Assembly: GCA_965285935.1 (NCBI GenBank)
Contig: OZ260667.1
Location: 33,666,001 to 33,730,000 of the forward strand
From: Ophelia neglecta
Lineage: Eukaryota
Direction of reading: 5' to 3'
DNA length: 64,000 nucleotides
Shown here: positions 1 through 13,200 of the stretch, one piece after another
Layout of the letters: every line of letters begins with the position of its first letter
Position numbering within the stretch: the stretch's first letter is position 1
Notes under the pieces: model-generated
What the model saw: only the letters and a program-made list of their open reading frames with translations
Told to the model about the DNA's origin: nothing
Databases searched by the model: none
Made by a program: the position numbers and the translations under genes

Positions 1-788
1 TTCGGTCCACCATCGGTTCTCGGTACACTAGGCAATGTGATCGCTATCAATCACTTACCTCATCAATTGAGACAGTTCGACCTTTAATGCCGAACTTGGT
101 TTCTCTCGTCGAGTTAGCCACACATTCGATGCTCAAGGGCGGGTACGTCCGAGTCAACCAGTCGCTTTGGTACCGCAGGTTCAATACGGCGGTTCACTAT
201 TATCAGTTTTATACAAATCCAATCGATCATGACCTTTTTCTTCATTACCCCTAGGCCCCAACCCATTTAACCAGTTTATTATTAATTTAGTTAGAATAAT
301 TGGTCCAACCAGATTCATTACTTTGATAAATAATAACTTAAGGTTATCATAATGATCCTGAGTATAGAGTTTGGTGTGACCGATAGCTCTGTAATGGTAC
401 CGAGCCTCATGTTTATGGTCCCCACATGACTGTCAAATGGGTTTCCATACTGCTCAAAATCAATACTGGCAGCATTGGAGTTATTTTCAAACAGCAGCCT
501 CCCGTTGTGGTCAGCCATTGCTTCAAGCGGTGCAAGTCAAATCTTGTTTTCCCGAGAGGTCGGGGGGGGGGGGGGATCCGATCCACTGGCAATTGAATAG
601 TGGTTGTATGATATGTCCGTGAGCAATATCGTCAAATATGGACGTACCACAAGGGAAGAGCTGAACGCTCATAAGCCAAGGGGCCATGGCTCAGCCATTA
701 GCCATGAAGCATTCCCCAAGGTTGCAAATTATCGTCTGCTGTGTAGCGCTGCTGCAGCGGTTGCACAGAACTGCGCCGGCAGGCTCAA

Positions 789-800
789 TGCGCAGGCGCG
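789..800. promoter_or_regulatory. NRF1/Ewg-like GC motif upstream of the Roco first coding exon
   Basis: TGCGCAGGCGCG within a small CpG-rich patch (about 740-805), about 650 bp upstream of the ATG. Confidence 0.3.
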
Positions 801-1442
801 CTGACTATAATCGCTGCCAATTGCGAATACACTGCTCAATTCAGAGAAAGACGACTGCTTGAAGGCTGTCCCCTGCATACAGCTCTTCAGTGATCGAACT
901 AGATGTGGCCGATACCCACTGGCCTTTGATGCCAGCCTTATTTTATATGAAATCATGGATAGAAATCGGATTAAATACCATTTTACGGGAATGTTTTCAG
1001 TGATCTTTACGCATACAATTGAATTACCAGCGGGTGATCCAATATGAAGGTGTTCTATCATATGTGCCGAAACTGAAGGTGTGTTATGTTCCTACCAGTG
1101 TAGACTCGGTTTCCCCTCAAAGTGTGTAGCCAGTGTACTTTCCGCAGAAAAGGATTCTCGCCATATTACTTTCCTGGATGTTTGGCACACTATTGTGTTG
1201 TTGAATAGGCTTATATTGGGCTTGGCCAAATGTTTCAGTGGGCCAATGCAGATTTGGGACCACCCTGAATAGATATTGCTAGTGTTTCCCCTGACCTGAT
1301 CTTGGAGACAATACAGATTGGCAGTAACGCTATGTAAGAAACAATCTCCTGTTCAGGCTAGTCATAACACAACATAAATCCTAATCGGATTTATCAAAAG
1401 CCACAGTAAAGCGATTTGTATCGCTACAAAACAAGGTTAACT

Positions 1443-1868
1443 ATGAAAATGCTTGCTAATAGGTTCACCCAATCTTTTGTGGAGCACCACCAAAGACCTG
1501 ATAAACAGCAGACGGGTAACGGTAGTGTAGGCTCGCACGGCGGGCTGGACAAGCCCCCTCCGCTGCCCACCAAGGGAATGCCACCCCCGAACTTTTACCA
1601 CCACAAAGGTCCCGCTCCCCCGCCTCCGAGACCGGGCTTCTTCCGTAGCCCCTCCAGCGACTCGGGCTGCTCAGACGTGTTCTTTAACCGCGCCGACACC
1701 AGCACCAACACGACCAAGACTCCGTCTTATACATTCTCTGCTTTTTCTTCCTCCTCACAGGAGATGGTCGGTGTAGAAACCTTCATTGACTTTGTAAAGA
1801 AAAGGGACATTGGCAGAATCAAGTTCGCTATACGAGAAACAAACTTCGATATTGACTCCCAGGATGAA
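1443..1868 (+). CDS. Roco gene coding exon 1: Pro/Ser-rich N-terminus plus first (partial) ankyrin repeat
   Basis: ATG at 1443 lies within ORF 1416..1988. Sequence is GC-rich and coding-like, ending FIDFVKKRDIGRIKFAIRETNFDIDSQDE, then donor GAA|gtaagt, after which it becomes AT-rich. The true start could be 1449 or in an upstream exon. Confidence 0.8.
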
Positions 1869-4800
1869 GTAAGTATAACATTCATTTATACTTCATTATA
1901 CTATTACGCAGCTTGTAATATGTTTTATTTTCAGATTCCTGACTTATTGGTTGATTTTATATTACAAATTTCTGCCAGTTTCTACTGAATCGGATCGATA
2001 TAATTGATAAAATATCCACCAAATCTCTGGCTGGACAGCCACAAACCCTTTGGAGGCTGACGTCGGATTGAGTCATGCGCTGTAGTTTTGTGATTCATAC
2101 CAGTTACCCTAAATGAGTGGGTGCTGTCAAAAATATCTCGGCCACCGCTCAATCACATATTTACTAGACGTGTGTCGTTAGTTTTGCGTGTCATAAGGTT
2201 ATTTGTAGCCCTAGCATATAGATAAGAGACTTAGTCCTTTGAACATTCTTTTCGATCAGCTTTCTTTATTCCACTGTCTCTTTATAAGATGCAAAAGGTA
2301 CACGTATATAGTCGAGCGAACGAAAAATATGCTTTACCCTGAGAAATGATGGCTTGTATTGATATAGAGGTTAGCAGGCTGATAAACGGGACTTGATGTA
2401 CTACAAGCACCGTGGACCAAGGGCCAATGAAATATGGATGTTAAATAGGCACCCTCAACGTACATTGTTTCATCTGTCACAAGACTATGAATACGTAATG
2501 CGCCAAGACCAAGCCCTGAATTATGCACCACGTTGAATACTATATAGTTTGCCCTCAGCTCTTATCGTTTGAGCAGCTGTACCATTGTCAATACGGCGAC
2601 TTCCAGCTCACATACAGACAGCTGTGGAACAGGATTATACAGGTTGAGGTATACTTCAGCCCACTGATACATGGTTACGGACCGACAGCCAGGTGCGAGC
2701 TTCCTGTCGTGCATATTATCGAGTTGGTCTATACAGAGCCTATATATTTATCGATCGAAATGTCAATACCTCACGCGCTTTCATGGGTGGCTCACGCGCT
2801 AAAGGCCTATAGATACAGGCGTGCTTAATGTACGTGGCTCGGCTTTGATCCACTTTGATCAGTCTATAACAAACGACTCTTGTTTTATATGTGACTAAGA
2901 TTCATGGTCTGATGTATACAATGTCTGAAATTGGATGCTATCAGTATAGTTGAAGGGTGGCCCGTGATAAGTGTGAGTGAGTAGGGAAGGGTTTGTTTCT
3001 GATTACGGGTGGCGTTCCGTTTGTTTGGGTTTGGTAGATAAAGCAGCCGTGTTGAGTCAGCGAGAACACAGGTGCGATATCGGAGGTGATAGCTGGGGTT
3101 GCCCCACGGCGTGAACCTACAGCCGCATGGTGTAGCATAAAGGCCTAGTCAATCAATGCCATACAACCAGATCCTTTGAATCTTATGGCTACGTGCTCAA
3201 TGCTCGCTCTTAAACGCGCTCTGGGTGACCCCTGGGTCATGTGACTACAATACCGTCGGCAAGGCACGTATAGTATGAATTGTATACATGTAGCATGCCG
3301 ACTACCGGACAAGATGGCCGCAGGCACACATGCCCCCAATTAAGCTAATATTGTAGCTGTGCGTCTTGTCTTCAGTGTTATAAATTACTGTTAACTTTCT
3401 CTCCGCGATTGTATGTCCTTCTTCTGTGAATGTAGACGCAACGCCTTTACCAATTCATCCCCTTGCTCTTATTGCTAATTTCACCACAGCTAGGTGCCGA
3501 ATCATGCAGAACCAATCATCGCAGGGCTTACAAACAGGAACCAATATTCGCAATGCTCACACACTAAATAGGTCAGGTCGCCTAAAGTCAGGGATAGGCC
3601 AGTATAAGTTTTAGCTACGTACGATTTAGAAAGCCACTCAACTCATTGGATGGTGGGTAGTAGCTAGTTTCCCAAAAACAGCTCGATGAGGCTGTTTGTA
3701 TTCAGCGTGCCTTCTGATGCAGCTTGTTCATTGACCTCCCCCTAGTCCACTTAGGAGGCTTGATCGTCTGGCCCTTAATCAGATTCGCAGCAGAAATACG
3801 ACAATTTTTTTCGGGCAACTTTAATAGGGGGCAATTTAGCCAGTGTTTTCGTGGATAACAAACCAAAGCCGGATGCTTACCTGGTTTGGCCGCCAAATTT
3901 CCATAGCTGCCAAGTTGACGTATAACCTTGATTGGGCTTTTTTTTATCTCCGATTGAAAAGAGTGTCTACGAACCCGGCTCCATGGTAGGCCTATTCTAT
4001 AAAAAGAACCCCATACAAGAGATATATTACAAGGCCGAAAAGGATAAGCTCTGTTTTTCTCAGATATAACGATCTGTGGCCTTGCACTGGGTTTACCCTG
4101 AACAAAGAAAGCATTTGTTCAGCTAAGCATATAGTGGGAGATAGCATTTAATCTGTATAGTGTTGACTATGGATTTTCTGGCGTTTACTGGTGCTGACAG
4201 AGTAAAAGTACCCTAATTGTGTAGTATTCTCTGTCACGAGATAGCCAAGTGTGCCAATTCAATCCTGCTTTTAAGGCCCTCTATCATGCATTAAGCTAGC
4301 CTTCAGCCCCTCCCTGTTCGGGGAGATGGGCCAAAAAACTGGTGATATCATTAAGGCTGACGTTCCTCTGTGTGCGTTTAGAGCTACAGCTGCCTCCGAA
4401 GGAAATCAATGTGCAGACACCATTCCCCCCTCCTCTCTTTATTACATGTGACAGAGCCAGCGACATCTCCCCCTTTTTTCAGGGACTTGCCAAAGAAGAA
4501 CCCCGCCCTTGGGCTACCGCTGCCGGGCGAGGATTCCCTAGGGGGCAACTTGTTAGGATTAGACTGGTTCTCTGCGCAGTCGTTGGACACAATGTCTTAA
4601 ATTACTAAGATATACCACTGACGCGCCATTTCTATAATGGTCGTCTGCCCATATGATATGTTGGAGGCACACTGAGAAATCCCACCGATAATACGCAAGG
4701 CACAGCAGGAATGACAGAACTCGTGGCTGCCGGCGTCTGAGCAAATTGAAAAGCAGAGAACTAGGAGGTGGTGGACTGTCTGAAACATCCATTTCTTCAT

Positions 4801-6878
4801 TGTACACCCTTTCGGTCATTATTCGGAGAAAACAATAAAAACGGAAGTAAAAATTGTTCAATCAGAGCGCTCTTTCTAAGAGAGCGGCCTACCATATACG
4901 AGATTGGAGGAACACTCTGTTACCCTGAAAGAGACTCGGCCAGCGCAGTTTATCTCTTTGCCTGCGTGCTTTCAAATGTATACCGTTCCTCATAGAGAGC
5001 CTGATCGAACCTTGCCAGAAAAGGTGATAGGCAATGTACAGAGGCATGAAGTTTTGTGGCTAGGAGCGTTTAGAGTTAAAGGGCATTTGGGGATTTTTTG
5101 TGGGATTTTTTGTGGGTGAAAAGCATCAACCTCATCTGAAACGTGCAAAAACATTTTCATTGAGCATAGAGTTTAATTAAACTCACGCTTTCATGAACAA
5201 GGGGACACAGCTTTGTAGGACAACCTACAATACAACTGGCTTTGTTTTCTTGACAAAATAGCCATTTCTATAGTTATTTCATAAACGCTATTGTCGAATC
5301 TGATGGCAGGTGACAGGGTAAACCCACCCAGGCGTAAACACGTGTATTGTTATTTTATCAGTTTTATAGTTCATGATCAGAGCTTGGCTTCCTTTACTGG
5401 CTTTCAGTATTATTATCATTCTGTCGACATATCATACAGTTATCGACTGATGGGATGTTGATATTAAATTTCACAGCGCCCACCTGAAGCCATTATGTTC
5501 TTCAGCACGTACCACCTCTATTCTTGATCACAGAACAGTCTACCTGAGTGAATATCTTGGGAGCAAACAATGTTTTTTTTCAAAATGGTCCACATTCTTC
5601 GTTTATGGATAATCTTGTTCTTTGGAGCAGGAAGGATGTAACACATTGCCACGCATGCGTGTCTAACATGCCTTCGATTGCCAATAGTTAAAACAAACGC
5701 TTATATCTTTAATCTTAATATCGACCTATAGGGTTTCTGATATGTATGTCATTGTTTACCGCTAGCTGTTTTGGAATTTGAAGAAATATATGATGGTTAA
5801 ATACAAAATGAAATTAGAGCTTTAGACAAATGGACCAGTGGTTGTGTAAACCTTCTAGGCCCTAAATTCACATACAGGCTAACAAATATTGAATCTAAAT
5901 GGACTCATAAACAAACATTGTATATAGGTGGTGCTTAGGCCATCGGAATTATTATTTGTGGTTAATAATCTTACGGGAAACTATATACCCGTCGCAGTGT
6001 GGCATTCATGTTGTTAATGTCACATTAGCAGACTAGAGTATGGCGAGAGCAGATCTCAACGCCATCTGACCATGAGCTGTGTGCACGTGCGCCGTGCGCC
6101 GTGGAAAATACCGTTCAATATTCTCGTCGGCAAATATTGCAAACAAATATTGAATTTCCCCGAATTCCAACGGACCGCCAAGCGCATTGGAATTAGCCCG
6201 AGAAGCCATTGTGGGCATTAGCGAGGCCGTGAACACCGTCTGCTCTCCCCTGTGAGTGAATGCTTTGTCGCCTTCCTGTGTACAATTGATGTTATTTCGG
6301 CTAATTTGTATAATTGTATGGAGACAGACAATTGGGCTCGTATGATGGTTGAGACTGGTTGACTGATCAAACGACATCCTTCCCAACCTGATTAATGCGG
6401 ATTTAGCGGCGCAATTCTGATGAGTGCCATATCTAACAGAACTGTCCCTCTTTCACATTGAATAGGTAAACAAGATCGACTGTAAATTACCGACGCGAGC
6501 ATTATTTTAACACGCACTATTGGAAGAAAAAATGCAAGCTATTGCGTGGGCGTTGGTAGCTGGAAGGGCAGATGCTCAAGGGAACTGGGCTAATATATTA
6601 AGGCGTCTATGTTTTGTGGAAACATTAATATTTAAAATAAGCAGGGACCCGTGGACTCACGGAAAGTACATAGGAGAGGACGATATTTAGTTTTTTTTAC
6701 TCCCCCCCCCCTTTATACACACTGATGATGCCTCTCACATGTAGGCAAACACTGTTGACCTTGACTCTGATGAGTACACAGTGTGACAATGTCAGGAAAT
6801 GTCTTCAGTGGACATGAATGGAGCAGTGTCAAGAGATGTCTTTGAGCTGCCATCCCTCCTTATCCCACCCCACATGAG

Positions 6879-7202
6879 AACATTTAAACTGTGCCCTGGT
6901 CATGCCAATTGACGATGACTTCAGTTATATAAACATTAAAACTGTGCCCTGGTCATGCCAATTGACGATGACTTCAGTTATATAAACATTTAAACTGTGC
7001 CCTGGTCATGCCAATTGACGATAACTTCAGTTATATAAACATTTAAACTGTGCCCTGGTCATGCCAATTAACGATGACTTCAGTTATATAAACATTTAAA
7101 CTGTGCCCTGGTCATGCCAATTGACGATAACTTCAGTTATATAAACATTTAAACTGTGCCCTGGTCATGCCAATACACGGTGACGTCATTTATATGAACA
7201 TT
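6879..7202. repeat. 53-bp tandem minisatellite, ~6 copies, in intron 1
   Basis: GTGCCCTGGTCATGCCAATTGACGATGACTTCAGTTATATAAACATTTAAACT recurs at 6891, 6944, 6997, 7050, 7103 and 7156 (last copy degenerate). Confidence 0.97.
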
Positions 7203-10200
7203 CATTGCTTTATTTGAACAGATAGATCTTAGAATTGTATTGTAGGCAAAAAAGGAACACTGTGCTTCCGGTCATCTATCCATTGTTGTTCATCTGAGTC
7301 TTCAAGGTTTAATTATTAATTGTTTATTGTCAATAAGGTCCATCAGTTAATCTTGAATTCTTGGTTGGCACCCAAGCGTCCCACATTTTCGGTGAACTTA
7401 AAAGTTACCTTCAAGGTCAGTGCAAAATTTTAACTGATGTTTCTGGTATTGACCGAGATGTATCTGATGTTCGTTTCTAAACGTTTTCTTTTCAGTCCCT
7501 TGTCTCACATTTGGAGAATTATCGATCTAATAGGTCCTTTTCGTCTCGTTTGCATCTTAATGCCATCGTAGTCATGAACAGCTAAGTTATTCTCAGATCT
7601 GAGTCTGATAATCTTCAAGAACCAGTTTGTCCATGGACGCTGTGAGAGTTTCTCCCCGTTTTAGCCACACACCCCACGTCTTCTGTTCTCAAGGATGGCT
7701 GATTCCTCTCGGTTTACGAGGACTTTGGTAGACTGATCACACCCTACCGGGAGCTGTTTCCACCATTTTCGATATCCCTGCGTCGTGCTATGCGAGGTAA
7801 ATGTGGTGCGACATGCCCAGAGTTCCGGTACGGCTCCCTGTTTGCCGTGTTGACCAGAGCTACACCGGTGAACCTTTCAACCACTAGCGGAAGTGACCAT
7901 TTTCTAGATCATGTAGCTAATCCCATTCACGCCTCTGTAGTGCCTTTAGTATTGCTCTTGCCATTTACCAAATATGGCTTTCAAGGAAGGTCGCTACTAG
8001 TTGGTCATTATGCTGGTAGCATTGCCTCATTATTTGTGTTTGCTTAAATTGGCAAAGCGTAGTTTTCTTTTTACGCTTGGAGCAGCTTAATTTGTCTTAG
8101 ACCTATAGACGTGGAAAATGTACGCCTACTGCTGGAAACTCCTGCTTAAAATATGTTATTAGTCGTCTGTTGGTAGAGTGTCACGTATGGCGTTTTGTAG
8201 GAATAGAGGCTTTTCTTCGGTGGTGAATACATCTCTGATTGAGGCTGCTATAAAATTCACCTGCGCTAGTCACCCCGCCTAATACACACCTGGTGAACAC
8301 TGATAAGACCTTTAGGCTTGCTGGCCGCCCTTCAGCCGCCGCCTGAACCCCGCTTACTCGCCCGATTCCAATCTAATACAGGTGGATCACGACGCTAATT
8401 CTCTTGAGTGGCGCGGCTCTCATGAGTAGCTGCAGGCAACAACCAGCTTTCTCGTGTCTTGGGGTGAGATTTCCTCAACGTATGAGCTGTGGAAGGCTTC
8501 AAAAGACTGTCTTTAGACTCAAATTGCGCTGGGTCCTTATGTGATGTGCAGGCAAAGCACTACAGCACTCCTTCGAAGATGAGTTTGCCGTTAGTAAACC
8601 TCTCTGACCAAAATCTAAAAACAAACATTTTATATTTAGAATTGAAGTTCCATATGAACCCAAATTAAGGATATTATCTGAAACTATTGAACGAAGTTTC
8701 TTTTGATCAATCTATGCGTTTTTTTAACCCCATCTGTCAAGGCTGTAATAGTCATTGCTAGTATAAAGTGTATGACACGAATTCGGACACATTATGATGA
8801 AGTAGTTTCTGTTGTCAACGAGAGTCGTGCTTGTTTTGGAAGTCAGTGACTCATGTTCCTGTCTACAAACAATGTTTCCAAGGTCAGAAGGTTTGTTAAC
8901 GTCCTTCCGGTGTTTGTCGTGCGTTTTATAGTTTTAAATTGACTATCTAAGACATTTAGGCTAATAACAGTATAATATACTACCATACATTACGTGTGAT
9001 CTCGTGGGACAAGCCAACATTGGCCTTAATCTCTCTTATTTAGCGCCTGGAGCCTCTCTTCCGTTCGGTGACCACCAAGCATCTAACTGCAAGATCAAGA
9101 GCTCCTTTTTTTTCGGGGTCGTCTATAGAGCAACCTTCCCGCTTATCTCTCGACCACTCTGACCTCGGTCCTTTAGTGTTGTACCTAACTAGGCCTATAT
9201 TGACATGTTATTAGTTTCGTCCTAGTCTGGGCTAACAAACGGCGAGGGCACCTGTATTTGTAAGATAGACCCAGTATACAAGGGAGCCGTTTGGACAATA
9301 ATAGACAATTCCACTAATGGCTTTGCGAAACTCTGCCGCTGGGGGCAGGGGCGTTCTTTCATGCTCAAATTGGACGGTTGAAAATGAGTATGTCTGAACT
9401 AAGACTTCGCAATCGAGAAGTCTCGTTTTAGGCAAGTCTTCGATTAGTTGTTAAAGGACCAGCACTTTTCATTTGATAGAATCCCCACCCTGGTCGGTTC
9501 TATGTTTTGCAGAGAGGCCAACCAAGTAGTGACTCCGATGACCTACATTCCTATAATGATTTTCGTTACAATATGATTGTCTTAATTGGCAAGATTTTAA
9601 TGCTTCTTGTTTACCCTTATCACAAAGCGGCTTGATTTGTACTTAATCTAGGGATATTAGCACAGCCGCACCACTGAGCAGGGTAACTGCAGAAACCCTT
9701 ATATCCAGATATCCTTCCGCAATGCTTTAGTATCATCACATCACCGGATTTGCCCAGCAATGGACTTGTTTCATGGTTTTAGCGTGTTCGTAATGACACG
9801 CTCTTGCGTGTGTCTCATTAGCCATATGGTATCACGTGATATTGTTAAAAGAAGCATAAGTTCCACACTTTGCTGTTTTACAATTTCAAATGGAGAAGGT
9901 AACTGAAAACGAAGAAGACGGTTATTGATAATATGAGGTACCGATTCCATTAACAGTTTGTTTCACATGAACAAAATCTAACGCATGAGTTATCGAAGAT
10001 AGCAAGAGCAAAATAACAAGGTAAATATTTCTTCCTATTTCATGGCTCGTCATAAAGGATACGATATCTGCAGTTACCGTGCTCAGTGGGGAATTGTTTA
10101 ATGGCAATGGCAAATGCTGAGTTGGGGAACTTTGCTCTTTGTTCCACATTGTATTACCATGAGAATATGTCTGTCGTCTAGAAGAAACCATTAACATAGC

Positions 10201-13200
10201 TTACCAGTGTAAAATCTGTCTTCTCTCTAAATAATATGAAGAAAAATATCCATGCAATGGGTACGCTCATGTAGATACTAATATGACAATAACAATAAAA
10301 GGAGTCTTGAATAGAAATGTGATGTTCTAACCTCATCAAGCGAATGGCCTTGGTATTAAGTTTCTGATAGAACCATAAAATGCATCTTAGCAGTCTTAAA
10401 TAAGATCAGATTAGCCATTACTGTCCACTGCTCGGCCTACTCAGTCGGTTGGAGCGCGATCTATACTGGGCTGGCCGCTGGCCGGCCATCCGACTGACTG
10501 GGCAAATATTCCACGGGCTTCCAGGGCCCACCGTGTTCGTAATGACACGTTCGGACAACTCAGAGTAAATTGCATCAAGATGGCCGTCTATCATACTTAA
10601 AGTGACAAACACACGACTGGGGGCGAGCCTATGACATCCTCCACCCATATATCCAGGAGAATTCTGCCACCACCACCGCCATCTCTGTCAGGCACGAGTC
10701 TCACGCCTCGGCCATGCAGTTTGCACTCGGCAAGCCTGCCCCTGAATTTGTCTTTTATGGGTTGGCCCTGAAATGGAATCACTTCGGCGGGGGTTGTCAA
10801 GGAAATCTCTCATTGCATTGTTTTTGCATACCCCCCCCCCCCCCCCACACACACACACCCCCTCCCCCCTCAATACGATAAATGCGTATTTCGGCCTCGA
10901 CTCTGTACAGACACGGTCATGGAAAATGTTATATGGCTTTGGATTTTACCAGCGCCTTTCCCTCCTGTAAACTATACACCCGTTAACAGTCTCCTCATTT
11001 CCGGAATTGAACTCTCCTAAATTGCAGCCTACATTATGGCTAGAAGGGGAAGCGTTAATTTTATCCATAGCTCCCATAATATGGAAAGAAAACCTCCCTT
11101 AGCTGTCTATGACCGATGGAGCAAACCCTTTATCACGCTCAAAAGCAGGCAGTTCTAAGATTTGTTTGGAGGGTGATACCATTTTGGTTGGCAATCACTA
11201 TATGAGCTATTTAGGTATAACAAGCTTTGTTTGAGAATTATTTTGAATTCGGCATTTGGTCTCCCTACTAACGTTAACATCATTGATTCGGGCCTTTTGT
11301 TCTAAGCGGGCCCATATGTGAGGATTTCCTGTAAATAATACAAATTACGATATGTCAAAAATCGCTTAACTGGTCGATAGCAGGTAATATAAGGGGATTT
11401 CTTAATACAGCTTATCCCCGTGTAATCCAAGACGTTACACACAGGGGCGAGTGAGTATCGCTTAAATCTGGGCGGATTTGAAACCGTTAGCTTCTTGGCT
11501 TTTTCTTTTTTTTTGGATATAATGGATTATAATGTCATTGAGATTTTACGACATAACATAGCGCCCGGGTTGGTTAATCCTCTAATGGTTTTGTCTGGCA
11601 CACGGTTTGTGCTTTCCAAATACTAGTTTGTAAAAACCAAAGCTAGCGTTGTCGAGAAAAGGTTAATGATCCCAGCATTAATAACTTTATTACATTGTGA
11701 CTCACATATTCAGTAAAGTACCTCACCCATGTACAATTAATATTATGAATTGCAAATATTGTGGTATGGCTAATCAGTGGATGTATGAAATGCACAACAG
11801 GTATAAAACCAGCCTACATGTAGTTTGTCGATGTCTACATTTTATATGTGTCTACGGGACTTAAAGTGGTTTGTTTATGATCCACAAGCTTTCGCGATAA
11901 TCTCATTATTAATGGAAAGCCATTCATATTTTGGTAATTTCCGCAATGTGACTGCTCAGAAGAATTTAATAAGACTGCTTACTGTCCACACTGCAGATCC
12001 GTGCCATCACTGACTCGCGGGAGGAGATTGTTGTGGCTGGTCTAATGAAGGAGCCTTTGTTCTTAGGTACACTTGACTGGTTCTCGTCAGGGCTTCTCGT
12101 ATACCTAAAGTGACTTATTGGCCAAGATTTTGGTGGCTACCGTGTCTGCGTCTGCTCGCTGGTGGACTGTTGACTACTTGAGATACGACCTGGCCAGTGT
12201 TACGTAATCTATCACAGAGTCATACATCCATTCTCCCAAATTACCATCGTTAACTATCTCATAAATTAGAAAAGCGATTTTCTTGGATCAGCTCATAACC
12301 GAGGCCGTTTGTCCATCACCGGTTGGCATAGAAACCTCTTAAGTCTTCTCTATTGCGTAACCCCACAGCAAATCATCTCCATACGGCTACTTCCCGGCAG
12401 CGAACAATAATTTCCTGAGCCCTGCGTGTTGGACAGGAGCGGCTCGGACCGCCCATCACCTGGCCCGCAGGCAGGTGCAAACACACACTTTTTCTGAAAA
12501 GCCATTTTCGACTTGTTGCTGTGAGCTGCAAAGCACCAGGGAAAATAGTTGTCAGAAGAAGGTTACAAGCGGTTCATAATTTGGCGCTTGGGACAAAGGC
12601 AGACTGGGAACTGGCGGGTTGTCTTCTTCTAAAGCCCCTGAAAACCTTAATTTGAGGGACGTTTGAGGTTGACCGATTGCTTAGCGGCAGGCCACGACAT
12701 CAGTCTAGTCTCTAATTCACATATCAGGCGGTGATTACCACTACACGAGAGTAGGGTAGCCCCCCCGTACGGTAGCTCCGTGTATGCCATCGGGATTACC
12801 ATCAAAATAAGACATTTTCTCCTGCTCAACATAACAATGTCATTCGTACATGCACAAAAAACAGCCCCAAGGCAAACTTTTACTTTACTTGCAACATTTA
12901 ACCATTTAATCTGATAATGTTCTGTTTTGTTATTGAATGATACAATCTGACAAATGAGACTAATTTGTTTTTTTAGAAGCAGAGTTACAATATGGCATGT
13001 AATCAGTTTCTTTTGCCCTGCATGCATCAACGTCTCTGTGTTTTCTTTCATCATTAACTTTTTTATGAGTGATATCACAACTGTCCACGCTGCGTTCTCC
13101 TAAATGGGAGACATCATTGTCATCAATTATTTAGAGAATTCTCGTCTTCCCCAATATCTGAGCAAAACAAATTGTTGTGCCTCGAAAAAAAAACAAGCTT

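Noticed and set aside
1869-1988. C-terminal part of ORF 1416..1988
   Set aside because: Read-through past the gtaagt donor into AT-rich intron; the ankyrin frame continues in exon 2.
6879-7202. CRISPR-like array
   Set aside because: Units are contiguous near-identical 53-mers with no unique spacers, there are no cas genes, and the context is a eukaryotic intron.
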